From positions 3,829,011 to 3,893,010 of the forward strand of contig OY771587.1 in NCBI GenBank assembly GCA_963674825.1: a DNA stretch of 64,000 nt. Reading direction: 5' to 3'. Each line of letters starts with the position of its first letter. The stretch's first letter is position 1. This DNA comes from Candidatus Cloacimonadales bacterium (GTDB lineage Bacteria > Cloacimonadota > Cloacimonadia > Cloacimonadales > JAIOQZ01). Under the pieces are notes generated by a model. The model ran no database searches, was not told where the DNA came from, and was given only the letters and a program-made list of their open reading frames with translations. Positions 1 through 11,185 of the stretch are shown one piece after another. The position numbers and the translations under genes were made by a program.

Positions 1-1409
1 TAATCGACATCCTTTTCGAACAGCGCGTAGCTTTTGAGCAACTGCGAAATGTTATGAAGCTGTTCGCTCTGATCCATGAAAGCCTGGGTGACTTTTTCGC
101 GCTTCTTCTCGCGTTCGGCGTAATCGAGGCCTTCTTCCTGATCTACACGGTTAAGAAGGTCATCGAGCGTTTCCATGATGAAAAGGTCGTTGTCGTACTT
201 GGACATCATGTCACGGCCTTTCTCGCAGAGGTCGGCGCTATGCGCATGTTCATCGATCACATAAAAAAGCTCTTCGTCGATGATGGGCATCTTTTTATCG
301 CGCAAGAAATAGCCTTCGTAATCGTTCACAATCTTCTTGATATCGCCGTCTTTCGTCAGCTTGATGAACTGCTTGTTCTTCGGCCCACCGCGCTTAACCA
401 TCAACAGTTTGCGCCCAACTTCGTCGATGTTATAGTCGTCTGTCTCAAGCGCTTTACGAATCTCGCTGACCACGCGGTTGAGCATAGTTTCCTGCGCATG
501 AACAACGCGAACCAGATGAGGCTTGATTTCTTTGTAAAAATTCTTCGATTCCGCTACGGGACCGCTGATGATGAGCGGCGTTCTGGCTTCATCGATAAGC
601 ACGCTATCCACTTCGTCCACAATGGCGAAGAAATGTTCGCGTTGGACGAGCTGTGCTGCTGAGACCGCCATATTGTCACGCAGGTAGTCGAAACCGAATT
701 CGCTGTTGATACCGTAGGTAACGTCGTTCGCATAAGCTTCCTGACGTTGGCGGAAATTCATCTCGTTGATGATACAGCCGACGGTGAGCCCGTGGTATTC
801 AAAGATAGGTGACATCCATTCGGAGTCGCGCTGGGCAAGGTAGTCGTTGACCGTGATCAAATGGCAGCCGCGCCCGGTAAGCGCGTTCAGGAACAGTGGC
901 ATCGTCGCCACGAGGGTCTTACCTTCACCGGTAGCCATCTCAGCGATGTTGCCCTGATGCAGCGCGATACCACCGATAAGTTGCACGTCGAATGGCACCA
1001 TGAACCAGGTTTCCTTGTTGCCGCGCACCTCGTATTCGTAGCCGATCAGCCTGCGGCAGGTCTCTCGCACAATCGCGAAGACTTCCGGCAGATGTTCATC
1101 CAAGACTTGTTGCGTGTATTCTTTGAGTTGGTCACGTTGAGCATCGATGCGGTTACCGATCTTATCCTTGTCGTTCTCGTCGGCAGCTTCGTGATACTGT
1201 TTGTTGAGATCTTCCAGTTCCTCTTCCATGGGGTCGAGTTTGCCGCGGATATCGGCTTTGATCTCCTGCACGCGTGCCTTGAGTTCGTCTTCCGTGTATT
1301 TAGCGGCTTGCGGTTCGTGACTTTTTATAGCTTCCAGCAACGGATTCACCTTCTTCATGTCGCGTGAATGCCGATCACCGAAAAGTTTTTCGAGTAATTT
1401 CAGTGCCAT
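1..1409 (-). CDS. secA: Preprotein translocase ATPase SecA, N-terminal ~470 aa (gene continues beyond window start)
   Basis: Reverse-strand translation from ATG at ~1409 gives [20 protein letters not shown]..., the Walker A motif [11 protein letters not shown] and [23 protein letters not shown] (DEAD motor). The + strand ORFs 54..662 and 861..1367 are antisense shadows of this gene. Confidence 0.9.
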   Translation of the reverse strand, partial: MALKLLEKLFGDRHSRDMKKVNPLLEAIKSHEPQAAKYTEDELKARVQEIKADIRGKLDPMEEELEDLNKQYHEAADENDKDKIGNRIDAQRDQLKEYTQQVLDEHLPEVFAIVRETCRRLIGYEYEVRGNKETWFMVPFDVQLIGGIALHQGNIAEMATGEGKTLVATMPLFLNALTGRGCHLITVNDYLAQRDSEWMSPIFEYHGLTVGCIINEMNFRQRQEAYANDVTYGINSEFGFDYLRDNMAVSAAQLVQREHFFAIVDEVDSVLIDEARTPLIISGPVAESKNFYKEIKPHLVRVVHAQETMLNRVVSEIRKALETDDYNIDEVGRKLLMVKRGGPKNKQFIKLTKDGDIKKIVNDYEGYFLRDKKMPIIDEELFYVIDEHAHSADLCEKGRDMMSKYDNDLFIMETLDDLLNRVDQEEGLDYAEREKKREKVTQAFMDQSEQLHNISQLLKSYALFEKDVD

Positions 1410-1554
1410 AATATAGCTTCCTGTATTATTTTTGCGTCATTGTCGAATCGAGGGTGGTGGTGTCAAGGAAAGAGATATTTACATCATTTTCATTTGAATT
1501 CTCCTTGACAATCCCTTTATCCTGTTCAACGATTAGCAAAAACTGAAGGAGTGC

Positions 1555-4500
1555 ATGATGAAGCGAACCATATATCTCATTTCAATCATGATGATCGCTA
1601 TGATCGGGCAGCTTTCCGCCACGATCGGCTGGTGCGGAAACATCTGGCCCAATTCGGGAACCAGCCATCCCAACGGACAGGGCATCACTGTCTATTTCCA
1701 GATATGGAAAGATGGTGTGACCAACGGAGAAGGCCAGGGCGAAGACCTCTCGGCAACCATCTATTACCGCCTTCAGGGCTCGAGCGATTACACATCGCTG
1801 GAAATGCCCTACTTTGGCGAAGTCGGCAATAACGACGAATATTCTGTCGCCATTCCGAACGAAGCCTTCTCCGCCGGTGATGTGGTCGAATTCGTCTGCG
1901 AAGCGCATGACGCCACGGACGACACCTATGCTTACGGAACTGACCAGAACAACGCAGGGCCTTTCACATTCGCAAGCCCGGGCAACTACATCATTATCAA
2001 CGAGACTATCCAGGATGTAGCCGTCACGTTCCAGGTTAACATGGAACTGCTGGAGCCGGTAGAAGCCGCATACGTGGCAGGTACCTTCAATAGCTGGAAC
2101 GCAACGGGAAATCCGCTTTCCGATGATGACGAAGATATGATCTGGACTGCGACCGTCACGATCCCCTCTGGCTCTAATCCGGTTCAGGAATACAAGTTTA
2201 TCAACGGTTCCGACTGGGAAGGCGTGGACAATCGCAGCTTCACCATCGACGACACGAATCCGACCCAAATCCTTCCGGCTGTGTGGTTCAACGACCAGGA
2301 ACCTGCAGAAAATATCGCGACCGTGAGCTTCACGCTCGACGCTTCCAATGTTTCAGCTTACACCAGTTTCTACCTCAAAGGAAGCTGGAACGAAGCCGGC
2401 TTTTACGATGAAACATGGAACAATGGGAACATCCACACTGCATTCTACGATGATGGAACCCATGGCGACATCATCCCCAACGACGACCTCTGGACCATAC
2501 AGGTCGAACTTGTCCCCGATGCAGGCGACAACACCTGGCACTGGGGCTTCACCGATCAGGATTACTACTGGATCAACGGCAACTTCGAGTTCACCGTCCC
2601 GGATACAACCTCGCAGACGCTCTTTTACCAGCTCGTCCCAACCAGCAGCGTCGTGGGAAATGTTTACGATAACACGACCTCAACAGGAATCGAAGGCGCG
2701 GTTGTCACAGTTGGAGAGTTCACCGCTACAACCAATGCCGAAGGCGGATTCGCACTGCAGATCGTCCCACCCGGAACCTACAACGTGAATGTTTCTGCCA
2801 CAGGATATTACGATTTTGTTCTCGATAATCTTCCTTTCAACGAAGGACACTCCAATCTCATGATCGGCATGATTCCAGAAGGCGCGCTGCAACCTCCGCA
2901 GAACCTTTCCGCAATCGGAAGCGATATGCAGGTCGAACTCAATTGGGATGCACCTGCCGACCGCGTTTTACTCGGATACAATATCTATCGCGACGACGTG
3001 CAGCTCAACGCTGATGTCGTTGAAGAAACATTCTTTACGGATACAAATGTCGAGAACTTTGTCACCTATACTTACTATGTTACTGCGGTTTATACCGAAG
3101 GCGAATCATCACCCTCGAGTAGCGTAGAAGCAACACCGCATCCCGAAACGATCGTCTTTCCTTCCATCGTTGGCGATTTCAACGATTGGGATCCCGCAGA
3201 CCCAGATTATCAGCTTACCTTGAATGACAACGGCGTCTGGACCCTCGCGGTTGAACTCGCAGCCGGTACCTGGGAATACAAGGCAACCGAGACAAACGAC
3301 TGGTCTGCCGACTTCCCCACTGCCAATCAGTCTATCACGCTGGAAAACGCGGCAACCGTAACCTTCCGCGCCAACCTGGGTGCGACCGTCGGCGTACGCG
3401 AGAATGATGAATTTATCACTCACACCAATCCGGTGGTAGTCGGTAACTTCCTATCCGAGCTTGGCGGTGTGGACTGGGATCCAACCGACTTGACCGGTGA
3501 AATGATTGACAGCGATGGCGATGACGTGTTTGAATTCAACGCCGTCATCCCCGAAGGAACCTGGGAATTCAAGGTCACGCTGAACCACAACTGGGATCAG
3601 TCTACAACAAGCAACAACATCGGCTTTGTCTCGGACGGTATTTCCGAAACACAAATCACATACGCGATGGCTACCAACGAAATCGAAACCAACGCAATTA
3701 CTCCTCCGGCAGCGCAGATCACCTTCATGGTCGATGATCATCATATCGAACAGTTCGAAAGCTTCTACCTGCTTGGAACTTGGGATACAGAATCCGGCAT
3801 GTACGACTCCAACTGGGGCGGTGGTGCAGAACATACGCAGTTCTACGATGATGGAACCCATGGCGATGAAGTGATCGGCGACCATATCTGGAGCGTGACG
3901 GTAAGCCTCATCACCGACGGCGGTAGCAATACATGGGAATGGGGCATCAACGATCAGGATCACAACTGGCTCTTTGGTAATTTCGAATTCACCGTTGCAG
4001 ATACAACAACCCAGTCCTTCAGCTTCACCATCCCCTACACCAGCACGCTGAACGGTACCGTAACTAACTCCGTTACCGGCGAAGCGCTCTCGGGAGCTTC
4101 CGTGCAGACAACATCCGGCGCATCAACGACAACCGACACGGAAGGCCATTACTCTATGACGGTCAATGCCGGAACGACGACGATCATCTGCTCCAAGTCC
4201 GGCTACATCACACAGACGATCAATAACTACGAAATCCCATACAATGACACGGTTACCCTGGATATCGGGCTTGATCGCGAGCTGTACGCTCCCATCAATC
4301 TCACCGCCGAAGAGGGCGATCAGCAGGTTGGACTGAACTGGGATATGCCGGAAGAACCCCGTACTCGTTCCGCTCAGCGCAATACCCGTGAGCTTACAGG
4401 ATTCAATATCTACCGCAACAACGAGTTGGTTGGTTCTGTCGATTCCCCGGAAACAATGGAATTCCTCGATACGGGCCTGACAAACAATATAACCTATTCG

Positions 4501-4881
4501 TACTACGTCACAGCGGTGTATGAAGAAGGCGAGTCACAAGCATCGAACTCAGTCAACGCCATGCCGCACGTTATGGATAACCCCGGCAATACGGTAGTAC
4601 CTCTGGAAACGGTGCTGATATCCAACTCGCCCAATCCGTTCAATCCCGAGACATCGATCCAGTTCGCACTGGCGAAAGACAGCCCGGTACGCATCGATAT
4701 CGTGAATATTCGCGGCCAGATCGTAACGACGCTGATCGATTCACCGATGCAGGCCGGTTATCACAACGTTGTTTGGGATGGTCACGACCATACCGGAAAG
4801 CAAACTGCCTCCGGCGTGTACATGGTTCGTATGATCGCGGATCGAAAAACTCAGATCAAGAAGATCACGATGATGAAATAA
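1555..4881 (+). CDS. Secreted multidomain T9SS cargo protein with CBM20-like starch-binding modules, two CarbopepD_reg-like and two FN3-like domains, an internally duplicated ~150-aa module, and a C-terminal T9SS sorting domain
   Basis: GGAGG-type RBS before the ATG. Signal peptide MMKRTIYLISIMMIAMIGQLSA. CBM20-like signature (GTFNSWN...EYKFI...WEGVDNRSF). Internal repeat GSWNEAGFYDETWNNG...GNFEFTVPDTT versus GTWDTESGMYDSNWGG...GNFEFTVADTT. The C-terminus NPFNPETSIQFAL...VNIRGQ...GVYMVRM...KKITMMK is typical of a T9SS CTD. No catalytic domain recognised. Confidence 0.8.
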   Translation: MMKRTIYLISIMMIAMIGQLSATIGWCGNIWPNSGTSHPNGQGITVYFQIWKDGVTNGEGQGEDLSATIYYRLQGSSDYTSLEMPYFGEVGNNDEYSVAIPNEAFSAGDVVEFVCEAHDATDDTYAYGTDQNNAGPFTFASPGNYIIINETIQDVAVTFQVNMELLEPVEAAYVAGTFNSWNATGNPLSDDDEDMIWTATVTIPSGSNPVQEYKFINGSDWEGVDNRSFTIDDTNPTQILPAVWFNDQEPAENIATVSFTLDASNVSAYTSFYLKGSWNEAGFYDETWNNGNIHTAFYDDGTHGDIIPNDDLWTIQVELVPDAGDNTWHWGFTDQDYYWINGNFEFTVPDTTSQTLFYQLVPTSSVVGNVYDNTTSTGIEGAVVTVGEFTATTNAEGGFALQIVPPGTYNVNVSATGYYDFVLDNLPFNEGHSNLMIGMIPEGALQPPQNLSAIGSDMQVELNWDAPADRVLLGYNIYRDDVQLNADVVEETFFTDTNVENFVTYTYYVTAVYTEGESSPSSSVEATPHPETIVFPSIVGDFNDWDPADPDYQLTLNDNGVWTLAVELAAGTWEYKATETNDWSADFPTANQSITLENAATVTFRANLGATVGVRENDEFITHTNPVVVGNFLSELGGVDWDPTDLTGEMIDSDGDDVFEFNAVIPEGTWEFKVTLNHNWDQSTTSNNIGFVSDGISETQITYAMATNEIETNAITPPAAQITFMVDDHHIEQFESFYLLGTWDTESGMYDSNWGGGAEHTQFYDDGTHGDEVIGDHIWSVTVSLITDGGSNTWEWGINDQDHNWLFGNFEFTVADTTTQSFSFTIPYTSTLNGTVTNSVTGEALSGASVQTTSGASTTTDTEGHYSMTVNAGTTTIICSKSGYITQTINNYEIPYNDTVTLDIGLDRELYAPINLTAEEGDQQVGLNWDMPEEPRTRSAQRNTRELTGFNIYRNNELVGSVDSPETMEFLDTGLTNNITYSYYVTAVYEEGESQASNSVNAMPHVMDNPGNTVVPLETVLISNSPNPFNPETSIQFALAKDSPVRIDIVNIRGQIVTTLIDSPMQAGYHNVVWDGHDHTGKQTASGVYMVRMIADRKTQIKKITMMK

Positions 4882-4896
4882 TCGATTTATAATTAA

Positions 4897-4928
4897 AGCC
4901 CCTTCCACCAGGGAGGGGCTTTTTTTCT
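4897..4928 (+). terminator. Rho-independent terminator downstream of the T9SS cargo gene
   Basis: Hairpin AAAGCCCCTTCC-ACCA-GGGAGGGGCT followed by a T7 run. Confidence 0.6.
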
Positions 4929-5150
4929 TTCAACATAGGCAACATTGGTAATTAACACATCCGATGTAAGGGTTTTCTGATTGAAATATATCCTTATTTC
5001 TTCAAAGATATGTCCATGACAAACACCATACCGAATGGCATTCATTTCAGCGAAAAGCGAATGATTAATCCTCCGTTATCCAGGAAGTCGTTCGTCGAGC
5101 GCATAAACATAACTTTTTCTATTGACACCCTCTGAATTGCCTATACATTT

Positions 5151-6242
5151 TTGCAATTAGATTGGAGAGATAGAATGTACCGATTCCGCCCAGACTTGAA
5201 AGAACGTAAGTTGCCCATTATTACCGTACCCAGACGCGATGTCATGATGTGCCTCAACGAAAGCGCCATGGACCCGTTCCAAGCCGTTCGCGAACCCTTC
5301 CTGAAGCGCATGGAAGATATCCACTTGAACCGCTACTTCTCGGATGTCACAGATGAGCTCAAGAAAGCGTTGGCGAACTATGTTGGTCACGGGACATCAC
5401 CCGATTGTTTTGAATTCGGTAACGGTGCTGACGAGATGCTCTACTACCTTTTCACATCGGTACGGGAATCGAAGGACACGTTCGCTGCGGCTATCGCACC
5501 GACTTACGGCGATTATATAACCTACACACGTGCTGTCGGCATGGGTGTAAGGTTTACCCAGATGGACAATAACTTCGATTTCGACGCGGATGAATTCCTG
5601 AAGCTTCTGGAGCACCCCGATTGCCGTCTGGGTATCCTCTGCACGCCGAACAACCCCACGGGGAATCTGCTCGACGACGATAAAGTACATAAAATCCTCT
5701 CATCTACCGATAAGCTCATTCTGATCGACGAAGCCTACCACGAATTTTCGGGCCGCACGTACGCCCAGTACCTGCAGAAATACCCCAACCTGATCATCAT
5801 CCGCACATTCTCCAAAGGATTCGGAACCTCCGGCCTGCGCTTCGGCTATATGTTCTCAACGCCTGAAAACATCCACGAGATCAAGAAGGTGATGACCTTC
5901 TTCCACATGAGCATCATGATTCAGGCATTTGCGCTGACCATCCTGGAAAACCGCGAACCATTCCTTGCCTACAACCGGATGATTATGGAGCAGCGAGACC
6001 TCCTTATCGAGAAATTGAACGCTCACGACAAGCTGCACGCCTTTCCATCCTGGACCAACTTCGTCCTTTTCTCGGCAGGACATAACGCAAAGCCACTCTT
6101 CGAGTACCTCAAGGATAATCAGGTTGCAATCAGAATGTACGGCTCTCCGGCCATGCTGGGCGATAAGCTCCGCGTGACGATAAGTACAGAGCGGGATAAC
6201 GAGATGTTCTTCAATCTCGTTCAATCATTTCCATACGCTTGA
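5151..6242 (+). CDS. Class I/II PLP-dependent aminotransferase, histidinol-phosphate aminotransferase (HisC)-like; likely real start at the MYRF ATG ~5175
   Basis: LNESAMDP (compare HisC LNENP), PLP-lysine context FSKGFGTSGLRFGY, and GGAGAG RBS before the internal ATG. The ORF-track start is a TTG. Confidence 0.65.
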   Translation: MQLDWRDRMYRFRPDLKERKLPIITVPRRDVMMCLNESAMDPFQAVREPFLKRMEDIHLNRYFSDVTDELKKALANYVGHGTSPDCFEFGNGADEMLYYLFTSVRESKDTFAAAIAPTYGDYITYTRAVGMGVRFTQMDNNFDFDADEFLKLLEHPDCRLGILCTPNNPTGNLLDDDKVHKILSSTDKLILIDEAYHEFSGRTYAQYLQKYPNLIIIRTFSKGFGTSGLRFGYMFSTPENIHEIKKVMTFFHMSIMIQAFALTILENREPFLAYNRMIMEQRDLLIEKLNAHDKLHAFPSWTNFVLFSAGHNAKPLFEYLKDNQVAIRMYGSPAMLGDKLRVTISTERDNEMFFNLVQSFPYA

Positions 6243-6339
6243 TCTTTTTCCATAGTTAACAAGCCCGGATATCGGGTTGATAAATTAATGAATCCACAAT
6301 CGAGGCGGTTTCTGCTCTTCGTGGAGACGCAAAGGAACA

Positions 6340-9300
6340 TTGATGAATTTCTCAAACCTGTTGCAGCCTTTCAACATTAAAGAAATCATTCTCAATACGC
6401 ACTCTGTGATCCAGATCGCACTGGGTATTTTCATTCTGCTTACCTTCACGTTTCTTACGTTCATGCTCATAATAAGGCGCAGATTGAATAATGAAATCGA
6501 CCAGAAAGAGTCGCAGAACCAGCTTCTTACACGGAACCTCGCGCGCGAAAAACGCAACCATGCCGAAGTTATCAGCAGTAACCAGACTTATAAAGCTGAT
6601 AACGAGGAGCTCCAGGAAAAGCTTCGCCAGATCGATTTCCGCAATGATATGATCCTATCGGAGATTGAGACGCAGATATGGTTCTTCAATACTGAGGGGA
6701 AGATCCAGCATTGCAACAGAATTCGCATTCACGATCAGGAGATTTTCTCCAGCCGTGCGACCGGAAAGACGCTAATCCAGCTCTTAGGTAATTCTGGCGC
6801 CGTGCTCCAGGCGAAAGTGGAAGAAGTGATCGAACGGCGTAATCCAATGCTGTTCATCGAAGACCAATTCGAGACAGATAGCCGCGTATGGCATCACTCG
6901 ATCGACATTCACCCCATTTTCGATCAGAGCAATAAAATCGACGGAGCAGTAGCGCTGGTTCACGATGTTACCGCTGAGAAAGAACAGCTTGCATTGACTA
7001 TGCAGATGGTTAATCGTTATGATAGCGGGGTGATTATAGCGCAGGATGGCATGATCGAATCGGTCAATCCGAGACTGTGTGTCTGGACAGGCTATAAAGC
7101 AGAGACGCTCAAAGGCAAGCCACTGCCTTCAGTGCTATCTGAACGTTCGCGCATCGAGGTGCAGGAAAACCACAAATCTCTGCTCTGGAATCCGCTTGAA
7201 CTGCCGGTGTACGAAACATTCCTTATCGACTCGAAGGAAAATAAGAAGCCGGTTATCTTCACGATCGATGAAATGCAATATAAGAATCGCAAGACGCAGA
7301 TTATTATCATCCGCAGTATCGAAGATGCCGACCTGTGCGGACGGGAGTTACAGAAATCATCCGAGATCCTGCAAGCAGCAATCGACACAGTAGATCATGG
7401 CATCTTGCTTTCCAACGGCGAAGATGTGCTCTATTATAATCAGAACTTCGTGAAACTGTGGCAGCTCGACAAATCAATTATGAGCAAGCCTCGTTGCAAT
7501 ACGATCCTCGATGCCATTACCGGCAAAATCACCAATCGAGACGATTTCACAGAATGGACTCGTTTGACCATTGAAGAACACGTGGAATCCACCGATAACG
7601 AGATCATCCTCGAGGACGGCAGAATCTTTGAATTCACAACCCGTTGTATGGATAATGACAATAACAATGCAGGATTCATCTGCACTTTCCTGGATATCAC
7701 AGAGTCTAAACGTCACGAAAAAGAAATTCTCCTGGCAAAAGAGAACGCGGAATCGGCAAACCTCTCAAAAACAGAGTTCCTGGCGAACATGAGTCACGAG
7801 ATCAGAACACCGATGAACGGTATCATTGGTGTGGTAACTCTTCTGGAAAAAACCAACATCGATCAGCGCCAGCAGCGTTACATGGACGTCATCAAAGCGT
7901 CAGCCGATTCGCTGCTCAGCTTGATCAACGATATTCTGGACATCTCCAAAATCGAAGCAGGCTATCTCAAACTCGAGAAGATAGATTTCGACCTACAGGA
8001 GATTTTCAGCGCTACGACCGATATGCTTTCACTCAAAGCACAGCAGAAAGAGTTGGATTTCTACGCATATATCAAGCCGGATGTTCCAAGCCACTTTTAC
8101 GGCGATCCAAACCGACTGAAACAAATTCTGATCAACCTAGGCAACAACGCGGTGAAATTCACCGAATCGGGGCATATCACCATCTCGTGTCGCGCCGACA
8201 ATGTTAAGGGGAATGTCTTCACGCTTCACTTCGCTGTGGAAGACACCGGCATCGGCATCAAACGCGAACGTATCGATAAAGTTTTCGAGAGCTACGAACA
8301 GGCTGAAGAATCCACGACACGAAAGTATGGCGGAACCGGACTCGGCCTGGCCATCTCGCAGAAACTGACCAAGATGATGGGCGGGGATATATGGGTCGAA
8401 AGCGAATACGGATCGGGTACAACATTTCACTTCACGGTCGAGTTGAGAGCGTTGGAAGATGAGAACGTGGAATCGGAAATCGAAACCTTTGAGAAGATGA
8501 ATCTCCGTGCGCTGATAGCCATGCGCAACGACGTTAACCAGAAATACATCACCGAAACTTTGTCGTTCTATGGGATTCAATGCACTGTGCTCAACACGCC
8601 AGACATTATTGTGGAGGGTCTCAGCGTTTATAGCGGCACCGATGAAGCGTATGATATGCTCATCCTTGAGCACTTCGACGGACGTTGCACTGAGCTCGTG
8701 GAGAAGATCCGTGACCGGGTCGAACTTACCGACCTCAAGGTTTTCCTCGTCCTCTCATTCAAGCAGAGCGCGATGATGGACAGAGCGCAGTTCGGCAATG
8801 TGAACGAAATGCTAAGCCTTCCGCTCAAACGCTCTGAGCTTCTCAACACCATGAAGCGAGTTTACGGCTTGATGAACGATACGAAGCCATCGAAGTCTTT
8901 CACCAAAGCCCTGTCGGATTCACCGGATTCCACTACCCCGATGCCAGGTATTCAGTGCAAGGTGCTTCTGGCTGAAGACAACCCGATCAACTTGGATATC
9001 ATCATCGAAATCCTGGAGACCGAAGGACATCAGGTTTCCGCTGCAAAGAACGGTCTGGAAGTTGTCGAACTTGCCCGTACAGAAACCTTCGATGTGATAC
9101 TCATGGATATCCACATGCCGGAGATGGACGGCTTTGAAGCAACCAGGGCTATCCGTGAAATGGAAAGCAATTCGGAACGCCACACGCCGATCATCGCCAT
9201 GACCGCGGATGTGATCAAAGACGAACGCCAGATGTGCAAAGATTCCGGAATGGACGATGTGATCCTGAAGCCCATCAAGATTTCCGAGCTCCAGCAGCTC

Positions 9301-9723
9301 TTCTTCAGGCTGCTTTCCGACGAACCGCAATATAAAGAAGTAAAGTCGATAGATGAACCGAGCAATGACAGGCAAGACCTAACCATCTCTCTGGACTACA
9401 TCAAAGAAAGCCTTGGAGACAACCTCAAGGTAATCGAGAAGACATTCAGCCTCATCGCCAAGAAATTCCCGCTTGCGATGCGTGACATCCGCAAGGCGAT
9501 GTCAGATAACGACGATAAAGCGCTGCACCGCGCAGCTCATGGAATGAAAGGCTTCATGAACTACTTCGATTTCCCCGAGATCAAGCAAAACGTCCTCGCG
9601 TTGGAGAAGGCCGGGAAGAAAGCCGATTTCAACTCTGCCAAGATGATCCTTATCGATCTCGAGCCGCAGATGGACGCGTTTATCAAAGCAATCAAGAAGA
9701 AGATCGAGGAATTCGAGAATTGA
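6340..9723 (+). CDS. Hybrid sensor histidine kinase: single N-terminal TM helix, multiple PAS domains, HisKA, HATPase_c, degenerate receiver-like spacer, receiver (REC), C-terminal HPt
   Basis: HisKA box [14 protein letters not shown]. ATPase G-boxes [13 protein letters not shown]...[27 protein letters not shown]...[14 protein letters not shown]. HPt [14 protein letters not shown]. Confidence 0.85.
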   Translation: MMNFSNLLQPFNIKEIILNTHSVIQIALGIFILLTFTFLTFMLIIRRRLNNEIDQKESQNQLLTRNLAREKRNHAEVISSNQTYKADNEELQEKLRQIDFRNDMILSEIETQIWFFNTEGKIQHCNRIRIHDQEIFSSRATGKTLIQLLGNSGAVLQAKVEEVIERRNPMLFIEDQFETDSRVWHHSIDIHPIFDQSNKIDGAVALVHDVTAEKEQLALTMQMVNRYDSGVIIAQDGMIESVNPRLCVWTGYKAETLKGKPLPSVLSERSRIEVQENHKSLLWNPLELPVYETFLIDSKENKKPVIFTIDEMQYKNRKTQIIIIRSIEDADLCGRELQKSSEILQAAIDTVDHGILLSNGEDVLYYNQNFVKLWQLDKSIMSKPRCNTILDAITGKITNRDDFTEWTRLTIEEHVESTDNEIILEDGRIFEFTTRCMDNDNNNAGFICTFLDITESKRHEKEILLAKENAESANLSKTEFLANMSHEIRTPMNGIIGVVTLLEKTNIDQRQQRYMDVIKASADSLLSLINDILDISKIEAGYLKLEKIDFDLQEIFSATTDMLSLKAQQKELDFYAYIKPDVPSHFYGDPNRLKQILINLGNNAVKFTESGHITISCRADNVKGNVFTLHFAVEDTGIGIKRERIDKVFESYEQAEESTTRKYGGTGLGLAISQKLTKMMGGDIWVESEYGSGTTFHFTVELRALEDENVESEIETFEKMNLRALIAMRNDVNQKYITETLSFYGIQCTVLNTPDIIVEGLSVYSGTDEAYDMLILEHFDGRCTELVEKIRDRVELTDLKVFLVLSFKQSAMMDRAQFGNVNEMLSLPLKRSELLNTMKRVYGLMNDTKPSKSFTKALSDSPDSTTPMPGIQCKVLLAEDNPINLDIIIEILETEGHQVSAAKNGLEVVELARTETFDVILMDIHMPEMDGFEATRAIREMESNSERHTPIIAMTADVIKDERQMCKDSGMDDVILKPIKISELQQLFFRLLSDEPQYKEVKSIDEPSNDRQDLTISLDYIKESLGDNLKVIEKTFSLIAKKFPLAMRDIRKAMSDNDDKALHRAAHGMKGFMNYFDFPEIKQNVLALEKAGKKADFNSAKMILIDLEPQMDAFIKAIKKKIEEFEN

Positions 9724-9764
9724 TCAAATAGCGCAAATAATCTCCCCCCGAATGATATACTATT

Positions 9765-9794
9765 TGACAATATTTATCCAAGCTCCATTATATG
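9765..9794 (+). promoter_or_regulatory. Sigma70-like promoter for the small membrane protein gene
   Basis: TTGACA, a 17-18 nt spacer, then TTATAT/TATATG, about 35 nt upstream of the start codon. Confidence 0.35.
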
Positions 9795-9826
9795 ATACAA
9801 TTCTAACGTAAGGAGATCCTGTAACT

Positions 9827-10144
9827 ATGTGGTTGTTAATCAAACTGGTCATGCCCATCATCGTGCTCGGAGTTGTTCTCAGATTTGTGGTTGGTAAAGC
9901 ATCCCTCCCAAGCTTCGGCGAACTCGCATTGAAGGTTCTGATAACTTCAGTGATCGCGCTACTCGCAGGTGGTTTCGCAGGGGCTATCAATATCATCCTG
10001 GGCATCATCGTCAGCTTCATCATCTATACTGCGATACTTGCGTTCTGGCTGGGCCTCGATTTCAAGCAGACAGCGTTGTGCGTGGCCATTCAGCAGGTCG
10101 TGCTACTGGCAATCCGCTTCACCTTCGGCGGAATGTACGCGTGA
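9827..10144 (+). CDS. Small hydrophobic membrane protein (3 predicted TM helices), hypothetical; its 3' end is the target of the restriction-modification unit insertion
   Basis: AGGAG RBS. Hydrophobic composition (IVLGVVLRFVV, VIALLAGGFAGAINIILGIIVSFIIYTAILAFWLG). The last ~50 nt of the gene are duplicated at 11957..12012. Confidence 0.5.
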   Translation: MWLLIKLVMPIIVLGVVLRFVVGKASLPSFGELALKVLITSVIALLAGGFAGAINIILGIIVSFIIYTAILAFWLGLDFKQTALCVAIQQVVLLAIRFTFGGMYA

Positions 10145-10146
10145 AT
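10091..10146. repeat. Left copy of a ~55-bp direct repeat (3' end of the membrane-protein gene) flanking the restriction-modification unit
   Basis: CAGCAGGTCGTGCTACTGGCAATCCGCTTCACCTTCGGCGGAATGTACGCGTGAAT versus 11957..12012, differing at 2-3 positions. Confidence 0.75.
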
Positions 10147-10276
10147 TACAGCCTCACAATCTTACCTATCTTCTTGTTCGCATCGAATCGCACCGGTACG
10201 GTGATCCAGATATCTGAAAATTATCATTGACAAGCAGGCAAAGCCGTTTCTGGGTGAATAAAAAGAGAAGGAAACC

Positions 10277-11185
10277 ATGACAGCCATTACTGATTTCAAT
10301 TATCTCCATGCAGATACTAAATATGAACATGAAGTTATAGCAAATGTTCTTCAAGGCGATTGCAAACAAGTTTTACAAGGACTTTCTGATGATTCAATCG
10401 ATTTAATTGTTACCTCCCCGCCTTATGCAGATCAAAGAAAGAACACATACGGAGGAATCCATCCAGATCATTACGTAGATTGGTTTCTTCCAATTTCAGA
10501 ACAATTACTGAGAGTCTTGAAGCCGTCAGGTACGTTTGTGTTAAATATAAAAGAAAAAGTCGTCAATGGTGAGCGTAGCACATATGTCATGGAATTGATT
10601 ATTGAAATGAGAAAACAAGGTTGGCTTTGGACAGAAGAATTTATTTGGCACAAAAAAAACTGTTATCCCGGGAAATGGCCCAATCGGTTCAGAGACGCAT
10701 GGGAAAGGCTTCTTCAATTCAATAAGAATCGGAAATTTAACATGTATCAAGATGAAGTCATGGTACCTATGGGTGACTGGGCAAACTCACGCTTGAAAAA
10801 CCTATCTGACACCGATAAAACCCGCGATGATTCAAAGGTGGGAAGTGGTTTTGGGAAAAATATATCCAATTGGTTAAAGAGAGACAAAGCATATCCGACA
10901 AATGTCTTACATCTCGCGACCGAATGTAGCAATAAAAACCACAGTGCAGCATTTCCTGAAGGGCTTCCTGAATGGTTCATCAAGCTGTTTACAAAAGAGT
11001 ATGACAATGTACTAGATCCGTTTATGGGATCAGGTACTACTTTGACAGTCGCCAACAGAATGGGGCGGAATTCAATTGGTATTGATATCGTGCCAGAGTA
11101 TTGTGAGATGGTTCGTAAACGACTTATTCCTATGCAATTACGCCTTTTCGAAAAAGGAGCAGAATATGAATCAACTGAATCTTGA
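10277..11185 (+). CDS. DNA methyltransferase, beta-class N4-cytosine/N6-adenine family (N6_N4_Mtase); the SPPY motif favours N4-cytosine
   Basis: Motif IV IVTSPPYADQ lies N-terminal to motif I DPFMGSGTT near the C-terminus (the beta permutation). The gene overlaps the downstream ORF by ~20 nt. Confidence 0.85.
   Translation: MTAITDFNYLHADTKYEHEVIANVLQGDCKQVLQGLSDDSIDLIVTSPPYADQRKNTYGGIHPDHYVDWFLPISEQLLRVLKPSGTFVLNIKEKVVNGERSTYVMELIIEMRKQGWLWTEEFIWHKKNCYPGKWPNRFRDAWERLLQFNKNRKFNMYQDEVMVPMGDWANSRLKNLSDTDKTRDDSKVGSGFGKNISNWLKRDKAYPTNVLHLATECSNKNHSAAFPEGLPEWFIKLFTKEYDNVLDPFMGSGTTLTVANRMGRNSIGIDIVPEYCEMVRKRLIPMQLRLFEKGAEYESTES

Noticed and set aside
54-1367. + strand ORFs 54..662 (202 aa) and 861..1367 (168 aa)
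   Set aside because: Both lie entirely inside the minus-strand secA reading frame, which has unmistakable SecA motifs. They have no motifs of their own and are antisense shadow ORFs.
6252-6285. Possible terminator hairpin after the aminotransferase gene (GCCCGGATATCGGGT)
   Set aside because: The stem is only ~5 bp with an imperfect palindrome and no T-run.
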